A DNA stretch of 64,000 nt from an uncultured bacterium (GTDB lineage: Bacteria > Verrucomicrobiota > Verrucomicrobiia > Limisphaerales > UBA8199). Position numbers and translations under genes: made by a program. Positions 31,636-41,450 of this stretch are shown piece after piece (the stretch's first letter is position 1; each line of letters starts with the position of its first letter). The notes under the pieces are model-generated. The model made no database searches, was not told where the DNA came from, and was given only the letters and a program-made list of their open reading frames with translations. The stretch is from contig CAVVMW010000007.1 in assembly GCA_963749495.1 (NCBI GenBank), positions 64,001 to 128,000 on the forward strand, given 5' to 3'.

Positions 31636-32910
31636 TTATGAAAGCGGGGCTTTGGTCATTTTGGATCGCGGGTTCGGCGCGGGAGCTTCGGACTTGAGTT
31701 GTTGTTCCACCAAGGCTTCAAAGCGGGCGCGGTCTCGCTCGACAAACCGGCTGAGTTGTTCTGGCGTGGGCAGCCCGACGAGATAGCGGGAGACGAACAG
31801 TTTGTTATCCATGCCCGCGGTGGCAAACTCCACTTTGGTCTTGTCCCGGTCGCTGCACAGAATGATTCCCACCGGCGGGCTGTCGTCTGGAGCCATGACC
31901 CGGTTCCTAAAATAGTTCACATAATAGTTCATCTGGCCCGCGTCGGCATGGCGGAAGGCGCGCACTTTCAGGTCCAATAACACGTGGCAACGCAAAAGGC
32001 GATGGTAGAAAACCAGGTCCAGATATTCATGGTCGTTACCCACCGTGACGCGGAACTGGCGAGCCTCGAAACAGAAGCCCGTGCCGAGTTCGAGGAGGAA
32101 AGCCTGCAGGTCATCGAGCAGGGCTTTTTCGAGAGCGGCTTCGTGAAACTCGGGGCGCTCGGCCAGGCCAGTAAATTCAAGGACGTAAGGATCGCGGATG
32201 AGGTCTTCGATGGTCTGGTGAGGCTCCTGGCGGTGGGCGCGCTTGACCACCGCCGCCTTGTTGGAGGAAAGGCCGGTCCGTTCGTAAAGCAGCGAGCCGA
32301 TCTGGCGCTGGAGTTGGCGCTTCGACCAGTTGCCCTTGAGACATTCATTTTCGTAAAAGGCCCGTTTGAGCGGGTCATTCAGGCGGATGAGTTCAATGAG
32401 CTGAGTCCAGGAGAAACGCAGAACCGCGCTTGCGGACAAGGGTATGGCCTTGCTCCAGGATTTCCGCACCAGCGGTGCGGAAATCTCTTCGCGAGATTCC
32501 GTCACCATTGGTGACAGAATTTTCAAACTCATTTCGGTGCCGAAATTCCTCACCAGTCGCGCGGGCTTCTCGGCTCCACCATCCGGCAACTGAGGAAGCT
32601 TCAATTTCCGCACCAGTGGTGCGGAAATTGCCGAGCGAAGTTGCGGATAGATCAGGTATAGCTGACGCATTCGCTCCAACATGTCAGGACTCGCTCCGCT
32701 GACCTCGCGATTTTTCAGATCGGCGGCAAGACGCGAGAGCAACTGCGTGCCGTGCTTCGCCCGGTCCTCTCCGCGTTGCTCGAACTCCACAATATAAGCC
32801 CCAATAAGCCAATTGCGGATGACGAGGGCCTGGTTGACGGCGGCGGCGGCACGACCGAGCAATTCCTGGCTGGCCGAATCAATCGCTTTGAGGAGCTGCG
32901 TGTACTTCAT
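31636..32910 (-). CDS. YhcG/DUF1016 family PD-(D/E)XK protein
   Basis: 'NWLIGAYIVEFEQRGEDRA', 'RAFYENEC..WSKRQLQRQI.SLLYER', 'RDPYVLEF', 'FLLELGTGFCFEARQ', 'DLVFYHRLLRC..DLK', 'GQMNYYVNY'. Confidence 0.92.
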   Translation of the reverse strand: MKYTQLLKAIDSASQELLGRAAAAVNQALVIRNWLIGAYIVEFEQRGEDRAKHGTQLLSRLAADLKNREVSGASPDMLERMRQLYLIYPQLRSAISAPLVRKLKLPQLPDGGAEKPARLVRNFGTEMSLKILSPMVTESREEISAPLVRKSWSKAIPLSASAVLRFSWTQLIELIRLNDPLKRAFYENECLKGNWSKRQLQRQIGSLLYERTGLSSNKAAVVKRAHRQEPHQTIEDLIRDPYVLEFTGLAERPEFHEAALEKALLDDLQAFLLELGTGFCFEARQFRVTVGNDHEYLDLVFYHRLLRCHVLLDLKVRAFRHADAGQMNYYVNYFRNRVMAPDDSPPVGIILCSDRDKTKVEFATAGMDNKLFVSRYLVGLPTPEQLSRFVERDRARFEALVEQQLKSEAPAPNPRSKMTKAPLS

Positions 32911-33525
32911 ACTTCATCCCTCATCCGTCATCCTTTTCTGATTCCCGGGGAGCAGATTGGAGTGTTTCCCGCAGCGCTGGCAGGAGGTCGGAGGCGATGT
33001 TGTCGAATATGCGGGGCATTCGGGGTCAGAGAAGATCGAGCGGTTCCATGGGTGACACGTCAGCCCGAGGCCGGCGCCGGCTGGCCACGCGGCGCCTGAT
33101 GACTGAAAAAGATCAATCGAGAGCACATCATAATTCGCCTCTGCCCCAGGAGACTCGTTGCTCCGGCGATAGTGCCGCAGGAGCCGGGAAAATGCACGAG
33201 AAAACTCGTGGTCTCAGAGTGGCCGGGCGCGACGCGGCAACGGCCCCGGAATGCGCCGGTCCCCAGGGGTCAGCGGGCCACGACGGGGCGGACGGATTTT
33301 CTTTTTGGGCTTCGGCGAGGATATCAGAGTTTGTGATATCCTCAGGATCACAGCGCATGGACGGGACTTGCGGCACCGCCCGCGGCCGGTCTTTAAGGTC
33401 ACAAATTGTGACCTTGAACGACGGAGGCCCTCCGTCCCCATTCTCCTTTTCCTCCCTTTCGCCCCTTCCGCCCCTTTCTTCCCCCTCGTGCCTCGCCACG
33501 CCCTCTCCCAGTCCCCACCCGGGAC

Positions 33526-33711
33526 GCTGAGCGGCTCTGCCTTCCGGGTCTTCCGCGTATTCCGCGGTTGCCCTCAGGATTCTGCCTCGTAAATCAGATT
33601 GGTTTCCATGGCTGGCGAGGCTGGCAAAGCTCCGAAGAAGAATGAACCGCGGAATACGCGGACCACGCGGAAATGAACAGGTCTAGTGGTTACTGTTTTG
33701 TCCCGCACCCA
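33526..33711 (-). repeat. Inverted copy of the 21342-21630 element, without the GxxExxY fragment
   Basis: Reverse complement of 33591-33711 aligns with 21342-21461 (roughly 85% by eye); 33526-33576 aligns with 21578-21630. Confidence 0.75.
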
Positions 33712-33994
33712 AAGCGCTCGGTTCTACCGAGCTGGAATTGACTTCCACCGTGTCAAACAAATATCCCGCGCGCAAAAATCCCCCCATTTTACCGAGGCTG
33801 TTGCGCCTCGTTGCGGGTCGTGTTGCGGGTCCGGCCTCAAAAATCCACCGGTTCCATGCGCCTTGTAGCACTGTAGCGGGTCCATACCTTATGGTCCGGT
33901 TTTGAATTCTCACCCGGTCGCGATGGTCTCAGAACCGTGAGCAGGGTCAGGATGAGCGTTTCGAGCGGCGGGTTCGGCTTCATGGGGAAATCAC

Positions 33995-36024
33995 TCAGGT
34001 TGCACTTGCCGACCACAGTGCTGCCAGGCGTTGCTTGTGGGCGGCGGGGTCCTTTTGGCAGTTGGCCATGGCGCGCTCCAGACCCTCAATGACCTTGCGG
34101 GCAGTGTCGAGGTAGGAGCGATCGGCGGCGGCCTGGGAGACGGCATTTGTCAGGGGCCTGAGTTTCTCCTGGGCCAGCAGGCTTAGGCGCGTGTGGGTCA
34201 CGGCCAGGCACTGGATGGCGAGACGAGCGTGGGCGGCTTCGTAGGTGTCGGCGAGCCCATCGTCGGCGAGGAGTTGATGGAATTTGCGCAGGCGCTCGGC
34301 TGAGGCAAAGAGGGGGGCCAGGCTCGGGTTGGGCGCGGGCGCCCCGGGCGGCGCGGGCGCGGCTTGTTCGAGGTGGAGGCGCTGCCAGGCGCTGTCGTTG
34401 GGCGGGATGGGCGGCACTTGGCGGTCCGGGGATGGAGGTTCAAAGCCCAGGGGCCTGGCGCCGCCCAGGAGGATCTCGGATCGCCGCGGTTTGCGGGACT
34501 TCGGTGTAGGGGAGGCGCACGGACTGGGTGTCAAAGCCGGTCCAGGGTTTGCCGTTGAGTGTGACCCCGGTAATGGGCCCGGCGCCGATCGTGGCCAGGT
34601 AGAGCCGTTTGTCGCCGAACCGGATTGGGAACCGCTGCTCCAGGCGCGTGATTTGGGGCGGGACGTGCGGCAGCAGGGTCAGGGCGTCGGCGCGGTAGAG
34701 GGTACTCGAAGAGGCCGCGCACGAAGGCGGCCGGCGGGCCCAGCGCGTCGTAAGTGAGGTTGATGGGCTGGCCGGGCTGGTAAACATCGTCGCCGCACTT
34801 GACCAAAGGGTTGTCCAGGCGAAAGCGCTCGGCAAACGTGAGCAACCGGCGCATCGAGCGGCGCGCGTCGTCGTATTTCCCGAGCCTGTAATAGCCCAGC
34901 ACCATGCGCGCCTCGCAGGTGGACCAGTGCCCGCCGTTGACCCAGGTGCCGAAGGCCCACAGGCCCTCCGGCTTCTCGTACATGTCGTCATAGGACGGGT
35001 AGTTGGGCAGGATGAAATCGTGGGGGCGCAGGCCGGGGATCGAAGCGATCTTGGCGTAAATCCGCTCCGCCTGGGCCTGGTCCACCACGCGAAACGCTAT
35101 GGCGTCGTGGTTGGGCGGGGCCTCGAAATACCCGTGGCGGGCGGCGCCAAAGACGCCGTGCCGGGTCCCGTCAGGGTCCAGCGAGTTGATGAAGTAACCC
35201 TCGCCGGTGGTGATGCCGGAAAGGCCCTGCTTTGCCAAGTCGCGCCGTTGGGCCTGGAGCCTGGCCTGCTTGGGGTGGCCGGCGAGTTTTTCCAACTCCG
35301 TCAGCCGATCCAGCGCGGCGATATACGTGATCGAGAGGCCCGCCAGGTAGGCCCTGCCGTAACTGCCATTGGGCCGCTTCCAGCCCGCAAAGCTGGGCGC
35401 CAGGAGGTTCCCCGCCGGGCCGGCCAGGAAAAGATTGTTCGTCGGGTCGCGCCGGGTCTCGATAAAGTTGGCGCACCGCTCCAACCTGGGCAAGTAGCGC
35501 GCGATGGCCTGGGCATCGCGGCTGATGAGCAGCAACTCCGATTCCAGAAGCAGGCCGGCGGCGGTGAACTCCATCCCCCAATCGTGGATTTGCGTCCGCC
35601 CGTCGCCCTGGCGATAGACGATCCAGCCCGGGCGCGCCGCGTCGCACAGGCAGCCGTCCGGGGCGGCCCAATCGAAGGGCGGCGCGGCCCCGACGCGTTG
35701 GCCGTCGCCCATCTGGTCGAACCAGAGGTCTTGCGAGTGCTGGAGGAAGGTGATGAACGGTTCCTGCAAAAACGGCAGCGCGGCGTAAGTCGGGCCGTAG
35801 CTGTTCTGAATCCACCACGCGTCCCAGGTCGGCCCTTCCACCAGCCCGTTCCAATCGGGCATGTAGAGCATCGCCAGGTTCTGCAGTTCAGGATCGGGCG
35901 CGAACATCCGCCGCGCGCTCTCCAGCAGGCGCAGGTAGTCCGCATCACCGGCGCCGCCGAAGAACCTCCCCTGGAACGCGTCCGGCTCCGCCGCCGCCAG
36001 CGGCAAGCGCAGCATCCCGGCCAT
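33995..36024 (-). pseudogene. Putative secreted (alpha/alpha)-barrel glycoside-hydrolase-like protein with two frameshifts (~34700, ~34480)
   Basis: Trp/Tyr-rich 'EGPTWDAWWIQNSYG', 'WVNGGHWSTCEAR'; reading continues in ORFs 34440-34991 and 33995-34534. Confidence 0.55.
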
Positions 36025-36106
36025 GAGCAGGGCTAGTAAAATGGGTTCAATTTGTCTTCGGCTTCACGGGCCGAGCCTACACGAGCGCGCGCGCGCAGGG
36101 AAAGAG

Positions 36107-36215
36107 GAATGACGAATGACGAATGACGAATGACGAATGACGAATGACGAAGGGCGAATGAGCGGTTCGTCCTGGGTCGTTGCCCTCCGTCATTCGTCAT
36201 TCGTCATTCGTCATT
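36107..36215. repeat. (GAATGAC)6 tandem heptamer with inverted (GTCATTC)3+ partner
   Basis: Direct reading; same unit at 46567-46594 and 48755-48768. Confidence 0.9.
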
Positions 36216-36271
36216 TCCCTCCCTTTCATCTTGACCCAGCCGCACCTTCTCTGGGAGGGTTAGCCTCGAAT

Positions 36272-36487
36272 ATGCCGGAAACTCGTTGTCCCGGGCAGGA
36301 CCAGCGGTATTGGAAGCCGGAAGACATCTTCATGGCCGCCTGCCCGCATTGCGGCGCGGAGATCGAGTTCTGGAAGGACGAACCGTTCCGGCGCTGCCCG
36401 TCGTGCGGCAAGGAGGTCCGCAACCCGAAGCAGGACTTCGATTGCGCCCATTGGTGCAAGCACGCCCCGGAGTGCCTCGGGCAATGA
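36272..36487 (+). CDS. Small Cys-rich (Zn-ribbon-like) protein heading the CODH/ACS operon
   Basis: 71 aa: 'CPGQD', CPHC, CPSC, 'CAHWCKHAPEC'; ATGA overlap with cooC. Confidence 0.75.
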   Translation: MPETRCPGQDQRYWKPEDIFMAACPHCGAEIEFWKDEPFRRCPSCGKEVRNPKQDFDCAHWCKHAPECLGQ

Positions 36488-37272
36488 AACTCGCCATCTC
36501 AGGCAAAGGCGGGACGGGCAAATCGACGTTGTCGGCGGCGCTGGCCCTGTTGCTGGCCCGAAAGGGCTGGCGGGTCCTGGCGGTGGATGCCGATCCGGAT
36601 GGAAATCTTGCGGCGGCGCTGGGCGCTTCGGCCCAGGAGATGGCGCGCATCGTGCCGATCTCCAGGCAGCGGGCGCTCATCGAGGAGCGGACCGGGGCCA
36701 AGGTCAGGCAATACGGCCAAATGTTCAAGCTCAACCCGGAGGTCTCGGACATCCCGGAGAGCTACGGGACCCGGCTCAACGGCATCACGCTCCTGGTCCT
36801 GGGGGCAATCGAGGCCGGCGGTTCGGGCTGCGCCTGCCCGGAGAACGTCCTGGTCCGCGCCTTGGTCGCGGACCTGGTCCTGCGCCGCAACGACGCTCTC
36901 ATCATGGACATGGAGGCCGGTATCGAGCACCTGGGACGCGCCACGACCCGGGGCGTGGATGCCCTGCTGGTAACGGTCGAACCGAGCCAGCGGGCGCTGG
37001 AGAGCGCGCACCGGGTGGCGCGCCTAGCCGGCGAGATCGGTTTGCGCGACGTCCGGTTCGTGGCGAACAAGATTGCGTCGCGCGCGGACGAGGAGTACGT
37101 GCGCGGGGCCTTTCCCGGCGGCCGGATAGCGGGCGTCATACCTTGGTCGGAAGAGATTCGCCTGGCGGAACGGCAAGGCCGGCCGGTGCTGGACTGCGCC
37201 GGCCCGGAGTTGCTGAACTCGTTCGAGACGATCCTCCAGGGCTTGGCGGCCGCGCCGGAGGGGGCGCCGTGA
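36484..37272 (+). CDS. cooC: CooC-family nickel-insertion ATPase
   Basis: 'GKGGTGKS', 'DADP', Ni-binding 'GCACP', 'DMEAGIEHLGR'. Confidence 0.92.
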   Translation: MKLAISGKGGTGKSTLSAALALLLARKGWRVLAVDADPDGNLAAALGASAQEMARIVPISRQRALIEERTGAKVRQYGQMFKLNPEVSDIPESYGTRLNGITLLVLGAIEAGGSGCACPENVLVRALVADLVLRRNDALIMDMEAGIEHLGRATTRGVDALLVTVEPSQRALESAHRVARLAGEIGLRDVRFVANKIASRADEEYVRGAFPGGRIAGVIPWSEEIRLAERQGRPVLDCAGPELLNSFETILQGLAAAPEGAP

Positions 37273-37302
37273 GCGTCCATGGACCGCCGCGAAGCCCGCA
37301 AG

Positions 37303-37387
37303 GTTTTGGACTGCGCCAGTCCTCTGGCGCTTTGGCACTCCCGGCCCCGAAAAGCGCCCCCGATGCATCGGGGGCGCAGTCCAAAAC
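37303..37387. repeat. REP-like hairpin, family A variant
   Basis: GTTTTGGACTGCGCCAGTCCTCTGGCGCTTT ... GCGCAGTCCAAAAC. Confidence 0.8.
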
Positions 37388-37452
37388 GCTTCGCGAATTC
37401 GGCCGCGCGAGCGGCGAATAACAACCACTGAACTAACTCCAAAGGAACCCCC

Positions 37453-38526
37453 GTGCAAATCAAACCCACGTTTCTCGCAACCGCTATCGGCAGCCTGCCC
37501 CACGACGACCCGGCCAAGGCCTTGGACCTGGTCATGGCCAACCTCCCGGAGGCGCCCGTTTGGCCCCAACTCCCGCACCGGAGCCTCAATGAGCAAATGG
37601 AGGTCCAGTATTCCGAGGCCATCCCTTGCGCGGTCATCGACCGCCAGAAGGGCCGGATGTATTTCGACACCTCGAAAGACTACTCGGATGACTTCGCCGC
37701 CTTTTACGAGACCTACCTGGCGGCGACCGAAGCGCCGGCCGGCCAGGGCGACTTTTCGTCCATGGCCATCAGCCCCGATTTTGCCCGCGGCCTCTACGCC
37801 CTGGAGGACCGGCTCAAGGCCGAGGGGAAAAAGCGGCCCTATGTGAAGATGCAGACCACCGGGCCGTGTTCCTTCGCGCTGACGACCACCGACCAGAACA
37901 AGCGCGCCATCTACTACAACGAGGAATTTCGCGATGTCATCATCAAGGCCCTGGCCATGAAATGCCGCTGGCAGCTCCAGAAGTTCAAACCCTGGGCCGA
38001 CCAGGCGATTTGCTTCATCGACGAACCGATTCTCTCCGCCTTCGGCAGCTCGACCTACGTCTCGGTGAAACGGGAGGACGTTGTCGCCCATCTCCGCGAG
38101 GTGATTGACGCCGTCCATGCCGAGGGCGGCCTGGCCGGCGTCCACTGCTGCGGCAACACCGAGTGGAGCATCCTTGTGGACGCCGGGGTGGACATTCTGA
38201 ACTTCGACGCCTTCGGCTACGGCGAGACGCTGGCGATGTATCCGGCCGCGATCAAGAGCCACCTCCAGCGCGGCGGCGCCCTGGCCTGGGGCCTGGTGCC
38301 GACCTCGACCGCCATTCGCCAGCAGACACCCCAGACGCTCATCGCGCATTTCCAGAAATTGATCGACCAAATGGCCGCCGGCGGCATCGAGCGCCAACTG
38401 CTGCTCGACCAGGCGATTCTCACCCCCTCGTGCGGCACCGGCTCGATGCAGGTCCCCGACGCCGAGAGGGTGCTCCAGACCCTGTCTCTGGTTTCCCAGG
38501 ACCTGCGCGCAAAACATGGAGTCTGA
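37453..38526 (+). CDS. Core (folate-independent) methionine synthase, MesB-like; single MetE catalytic barrel
   Basis: 357 aa; 'IGSLPH', 'WPQLP', 'QTTGP', 'FIDEP', Zn ligands 'GVHCCG' and 'TPSCG', 'AWGLVPT'; no folate-binding barrel. Confidence 0.75.
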   Translation: MQIKPTFLATAIGSLPHDDPAKALDLVMANLPEAPVWPQLPHRSLNEQMEVQYSEAIPCAVIDRQKGRMYFDTSKDYSDDFAAFYETYLAATEAPAGQGDFSSMAISPDFARGLYALEDRLKAEGKKRPYVKMQTTGPCSFALTTTDQNKRAIYYNEEFRDVIIKALAMKCRWQLQKFKPWADQAICFIDEPILSAFGSSTYVSVKREDVVAHLREVIDAVHAEGGLAGVHCCGNTEWSILVDAGVDILNFDAFGYGETLAMYPAAIKSHLQRGGALAWGLVPTSTAIRQQTPQTLIAHFQKLIDQMAAGGIERQLLLDQAILTPSCGTGSMQVPDAERVLQTLSLVSQDLRAKHGV

Positions 38527-38638
38527 TTCAGTCCCGAGAGGAACAGAAGAAAACGGAGAACTGGAGGATGAACAGAAGGAAACGGCCCGCTGCGACGGCG
38601 CGACAGCGCGGCGAGAGGAAACGGAGAACAGAAAACTG

Positions 38639-39475
38639 ATGTCCTACACCATTGGCATCACCGGAAAGGGGGGCGTGGGCAAGACGACCGTCGCGGCGCT
38701 GACGGTGCTGCGGCTGATTGCCAGCGGGCGCCGGCCGGTGCTGGCGGTCGATGCGGACCCCAACACGTGCCTGGACGCCGCGCTGGGGGTCCAGGTCGAG
38801 CACACCGTCGGGGGTGTCCGCGAGGAGGCCCGGGCGCTGGCGGCCCAGAGCAATGCTCCCGGCCTGGCCAAGCAGGAGTTGCTGCGGCTCAAGGTGGCGC
38901 AGAGCCTGGTCGAGACCAGCCATTTTGATTTGATCGCCATGGGACGGCCCGAGGGTCCCGGCTGCTACTGCTTTGCCAACAATGCCTTGCGGGCTGCCCT
39001 CAAGGCCATCGCCGATGATTATCCCTGCGTCGTCATCGACAACGAGGCCGGGCTGGAGAACCTCTCGCGCCGCATTGTGCGGCAAGTGGACCTGATGATC
39101 CTGGTGGCCGACCCTTCGCGACAGGGCCTGGAGACTGTCCGGCGGCTCTTCACCCTGGCAAACGAGATGGAGGTCAGGATCGGCCAACTGGTCTTGGCCC
39201 TCAACCGTCTCCGGCAGCCGGCCTTGCCCCAGGCCGCCACCCAACTCCAGGCCGACATCGGCGCCTCGCGGCTTTTCGCCTTGCCCGACGACGACGAATT
39301 GAGACGGCTCTCGGAAGCGGGCGGCCGCCTCCAAAACCTGCCCGCCTCAAATCCACTCGTGGCAGCGATGGACCGGTTGCTCTTCGAAGCGGGCGTGCCC
39401 ACAGTGAACCATGCCTACCCGTCGGACCGGTCTGACCGGTCTGACTCGTCTGACCCGTCCCACCCCTTGATATGA
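38639..39475 (+). CDS. acsF: Second CooC/AcsF-family nickel-insertion ATPase
   Basis: 'GKGGVGKT', 'DADPN', 'GRPEGPGCYC', 'DNEAGLENLSR'. Confidence 0.85.
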   Translation: MSYTIGITGKGGVGKTTVAALTVLRLIASGRRPVLAVDADPNTCLDAALGVQVEHTVGGVREEARALAAQSNAPGLAKQELLRLKVAQSLVETSHFDLIAMGRPEGPGCYCFANNALRAALKAIADDYPCVVIDNEAGLENLSRRIVRQVDLMILVADPSRQGLETVRRLFTLANEMEVRIGQLVLALNRLRQPALPQAATQLQADIGASRLFALPDDDELRRLSEAGGRLQNLPASNPLVAAMDRLLFEAGVPTVNHAYPSDRSDRSDSSDPSHPLI

Positions 39476-41439
39476 CCCAGCCACCAGCCTCCACCGCCCG
39501 CGCCTGGAAATCCGCTGATCGGGCTTGCGACGCGGCCTCGATCCAGATGCTCGACAAGGCCATAGCGGACTGCGTGGACACGTGCTTCGCCCGCCTGGAG
39601 ACCCAGCGCAACCAATGCAGCTTCGGCACGAACGGGGTCTGTTGCCGGCTCTGCCACATGGGGCCGTGCCGGATTACGCCCAAGGCCCCGCGCGGGGTTT
39701 GCGGGGCGGATGCGGACACGATCGTGGCCCGCAACTACCTGCTCGAGGTGGCCGGCGGGACCGCCGCCCATTCCGACCACGCCCGCCGACTGGTCTTGCT
39801 GCTCAAGAAAGTGGCCGAGGGGCGGGGCGGCTTTTACCGGATAGCAGACGAGCCCGCGCTGCGGAACGCCGCCCGCCTCTATCACCTCCAGGAACAAGGG
39901 CGGACCAAAGAGGCGGTCGCGCTCGACCTGGCGAACGTGTTCTTGTCCGAGTTCAGCCGGCAGGAGGAGACGCTTCAAACGTTGAAGTTGGCCCCGGTCC
40001 GGCGCCAGGGTTTGTGGCGCCACCGGGGCATCGAGCCCACGGGCATCGACCGGACGGTGGTCGAGTGCCTGCACCGGACCAACATCGGCGTGGACCACGA
40101 TTACCGGAACCTCCTGCTCCATGCCTTCCGCACAGCGCTGGCCGACGGCTGGGGCGGCTCCCGCATGGCCTCGATGGCCTCGGACATCCTCTTCGGGACC
40201 CCCTCCCCCGTCCGCAGCCGCGCCAATCTCGGGGTGCTCGGACACAAGACCGTCAACATCCTCGTGCACGGCCATGAACCGGCCCTCTCCGAGATGCTGG
40301 CCATCGCATCGCAGGACCCGGCGCTGGTGGCCGAGGCCAAAGCAGCCGGGGCCGAGGGCCTGACGCTGGCGGGCATCTGCTGCACCGCCAACGAAATCCT
40401 CATCCGCCACGGCATCCCGGTGGCCGGCAACTTCCTCCAGCAGGAATTGGCCCTCATCACCGGCGCGGTCGAAATGCTCATCACCGACGTGCAATGCTGC
40501 ATGCCGAGCCTGCCCGAGGTGGCCCGGGCCTATCACACGCTAGTGGTCTCCACCAGCGACCTGGCCAGGACCATCGGGACCCAACATATCCCCTTCGACG
40601 AGGCCCACGCGCTCGACAACGCCAAGGACCTGGTCCGCCGCGCCATCGCCAACTACCCGCGCCGCGACCCCGCCAAGGTCGCCATCCCGCCTGTCTCCCA
40701 ACCGCTGGTCGCCGGCTTCAGCGTGCCCGCCATCAAATACATGCTCGGCGGGAGCTTCCGCGCCTCGTTCCGCCCGCTCAACGACGCCATCATCCAGGGC
40801 CGCATCAAGGGCATCGTCGGCATCGTCGGCTGCAACAACCCCAGGTCCAGGCTCGATTCCTATATCAACGCGTTGACGCGCGAGCTGGTCCAGCGGGAGG
40901 TGATTGTGCTCAAGACCGGGTGCGCCGCAATCGCCTCCGCCAAGGAGGGCCTGCTCACGCCCGAGGCCGCCCTGGACCTGGCCGGCCCCGGTTTCCGCGA
41001 GGTCTGCGAGGCCGTGGGCATCCCGCCCGTCCTGCACATGGGCAGTTGCGTGGACAACTCGCGCCTGCTGGAGGCCGCCACCGAGGTCGTGCTCGAAGGC
41101 GGCCTGGGCGACAACCTCTCCGCAGTGCCAGCCGTGGGCGTCGCCCCAGAGTGGATGAGCCAGAAGGCAATTGCCATCGGGTGCTATTTCGTGGCCTCGG
41201 GGGTGGATGTCATCCTGGGGCACCCGTTCCACATCGGCGGGTCCGAGAACGTCACGCGCTTCCTCAACCAGGAGACCCGCCAACTCTTCGGCGCGTCGTT
41301 CCATGTCTGCCCGGACCCGCACACGGCCGTCGCCACCGCCCTGGACATCATCCACCGGAAACGCGAACGGCTGGGCATCAACCGCAAGGCCGAACGCAAA
41401 CTCTTCGACATGGCCGACCGCAGGGCGCTAACGGTGTGA
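39472..41439 (+). CDS. cooS: Anaerobic Ni,Fe carbon-monoxide dehydrogenase catalytic subunit (AcsA)
   Basis: 'QCSFG..GVCCRLCHMGPC..GVCGA'; C-cluster 'HGHEP', 'GICCT', 'DVQC', 'VGCNN', 'TGC', 'GSCVDN', 'WMSQKA'. Confidence 0.97.
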   Translation: MTQPPASTARAWKSADRACDAASIQMLDKAIADCVDTCFARLETQRNQCSFGTNGVCCRLCHMGPCRITPKAPRGVCGADADTIVARNYLLEVAGGTAAHSDHARRLVLLLKKVAEGRGGFYRIADEPALRNAARLYHLQEQGRTKEAVALDLANVFLSEFSRQEETLQTLKLAPVRRQGLWRHRGIEPTGIDRTVVECLHRTNIGVDHDYRNLLLHAFRTALADGWGGSRMASMASDILFGTPSPVRSRANLGVLGHKTVNILVHGHEPALSEMLAIASQDPALVAEAKAAGAEGLTLAGICCTANEILIRHGIPVAGNFLQQELALITGAVEMLITDVQCCMPSLPEVARAYHTLVVSTSDLARTIGTQHIPFDEAHALDNAKDLVRRAIANYPRRDPAKVAIPPVSQPLVAGFSVPAIKYMLGGSFRASFRPLNDAIIQGRIKGIVGIVGCNNPRSRLDSYINALTRELVQREVIVLKTGCAAIASAKEGLLTPEAALDLAGPGFREVCEAVGIPPVLHMGSCVDNSRLLEAATEVVLEGGLGDNLSAVPAVGVAPEWMSQKAIAIGCYFVASGVDVILGHPFHIGGSENVTRFLNQETRQLFGASFHVCPDPHTAVATALDIIHRKRERLGINRKAERKLFDMADRRALTV

Positions 41440-41450
41440 GGTATTGGGTT

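Noticed and set aside
24103..32910. BREX or DISARM assignment
   Set aside because: No pglZ, brxC, brxL, drmA or drmB visible in the window
36107..36215. GAATGAC tandem array as a CRISPR array or as the start of a 'MTNDE' protein
   Set aside because: 7-bp unit with no spacers and no cas genes; the real ORF starts at 36272
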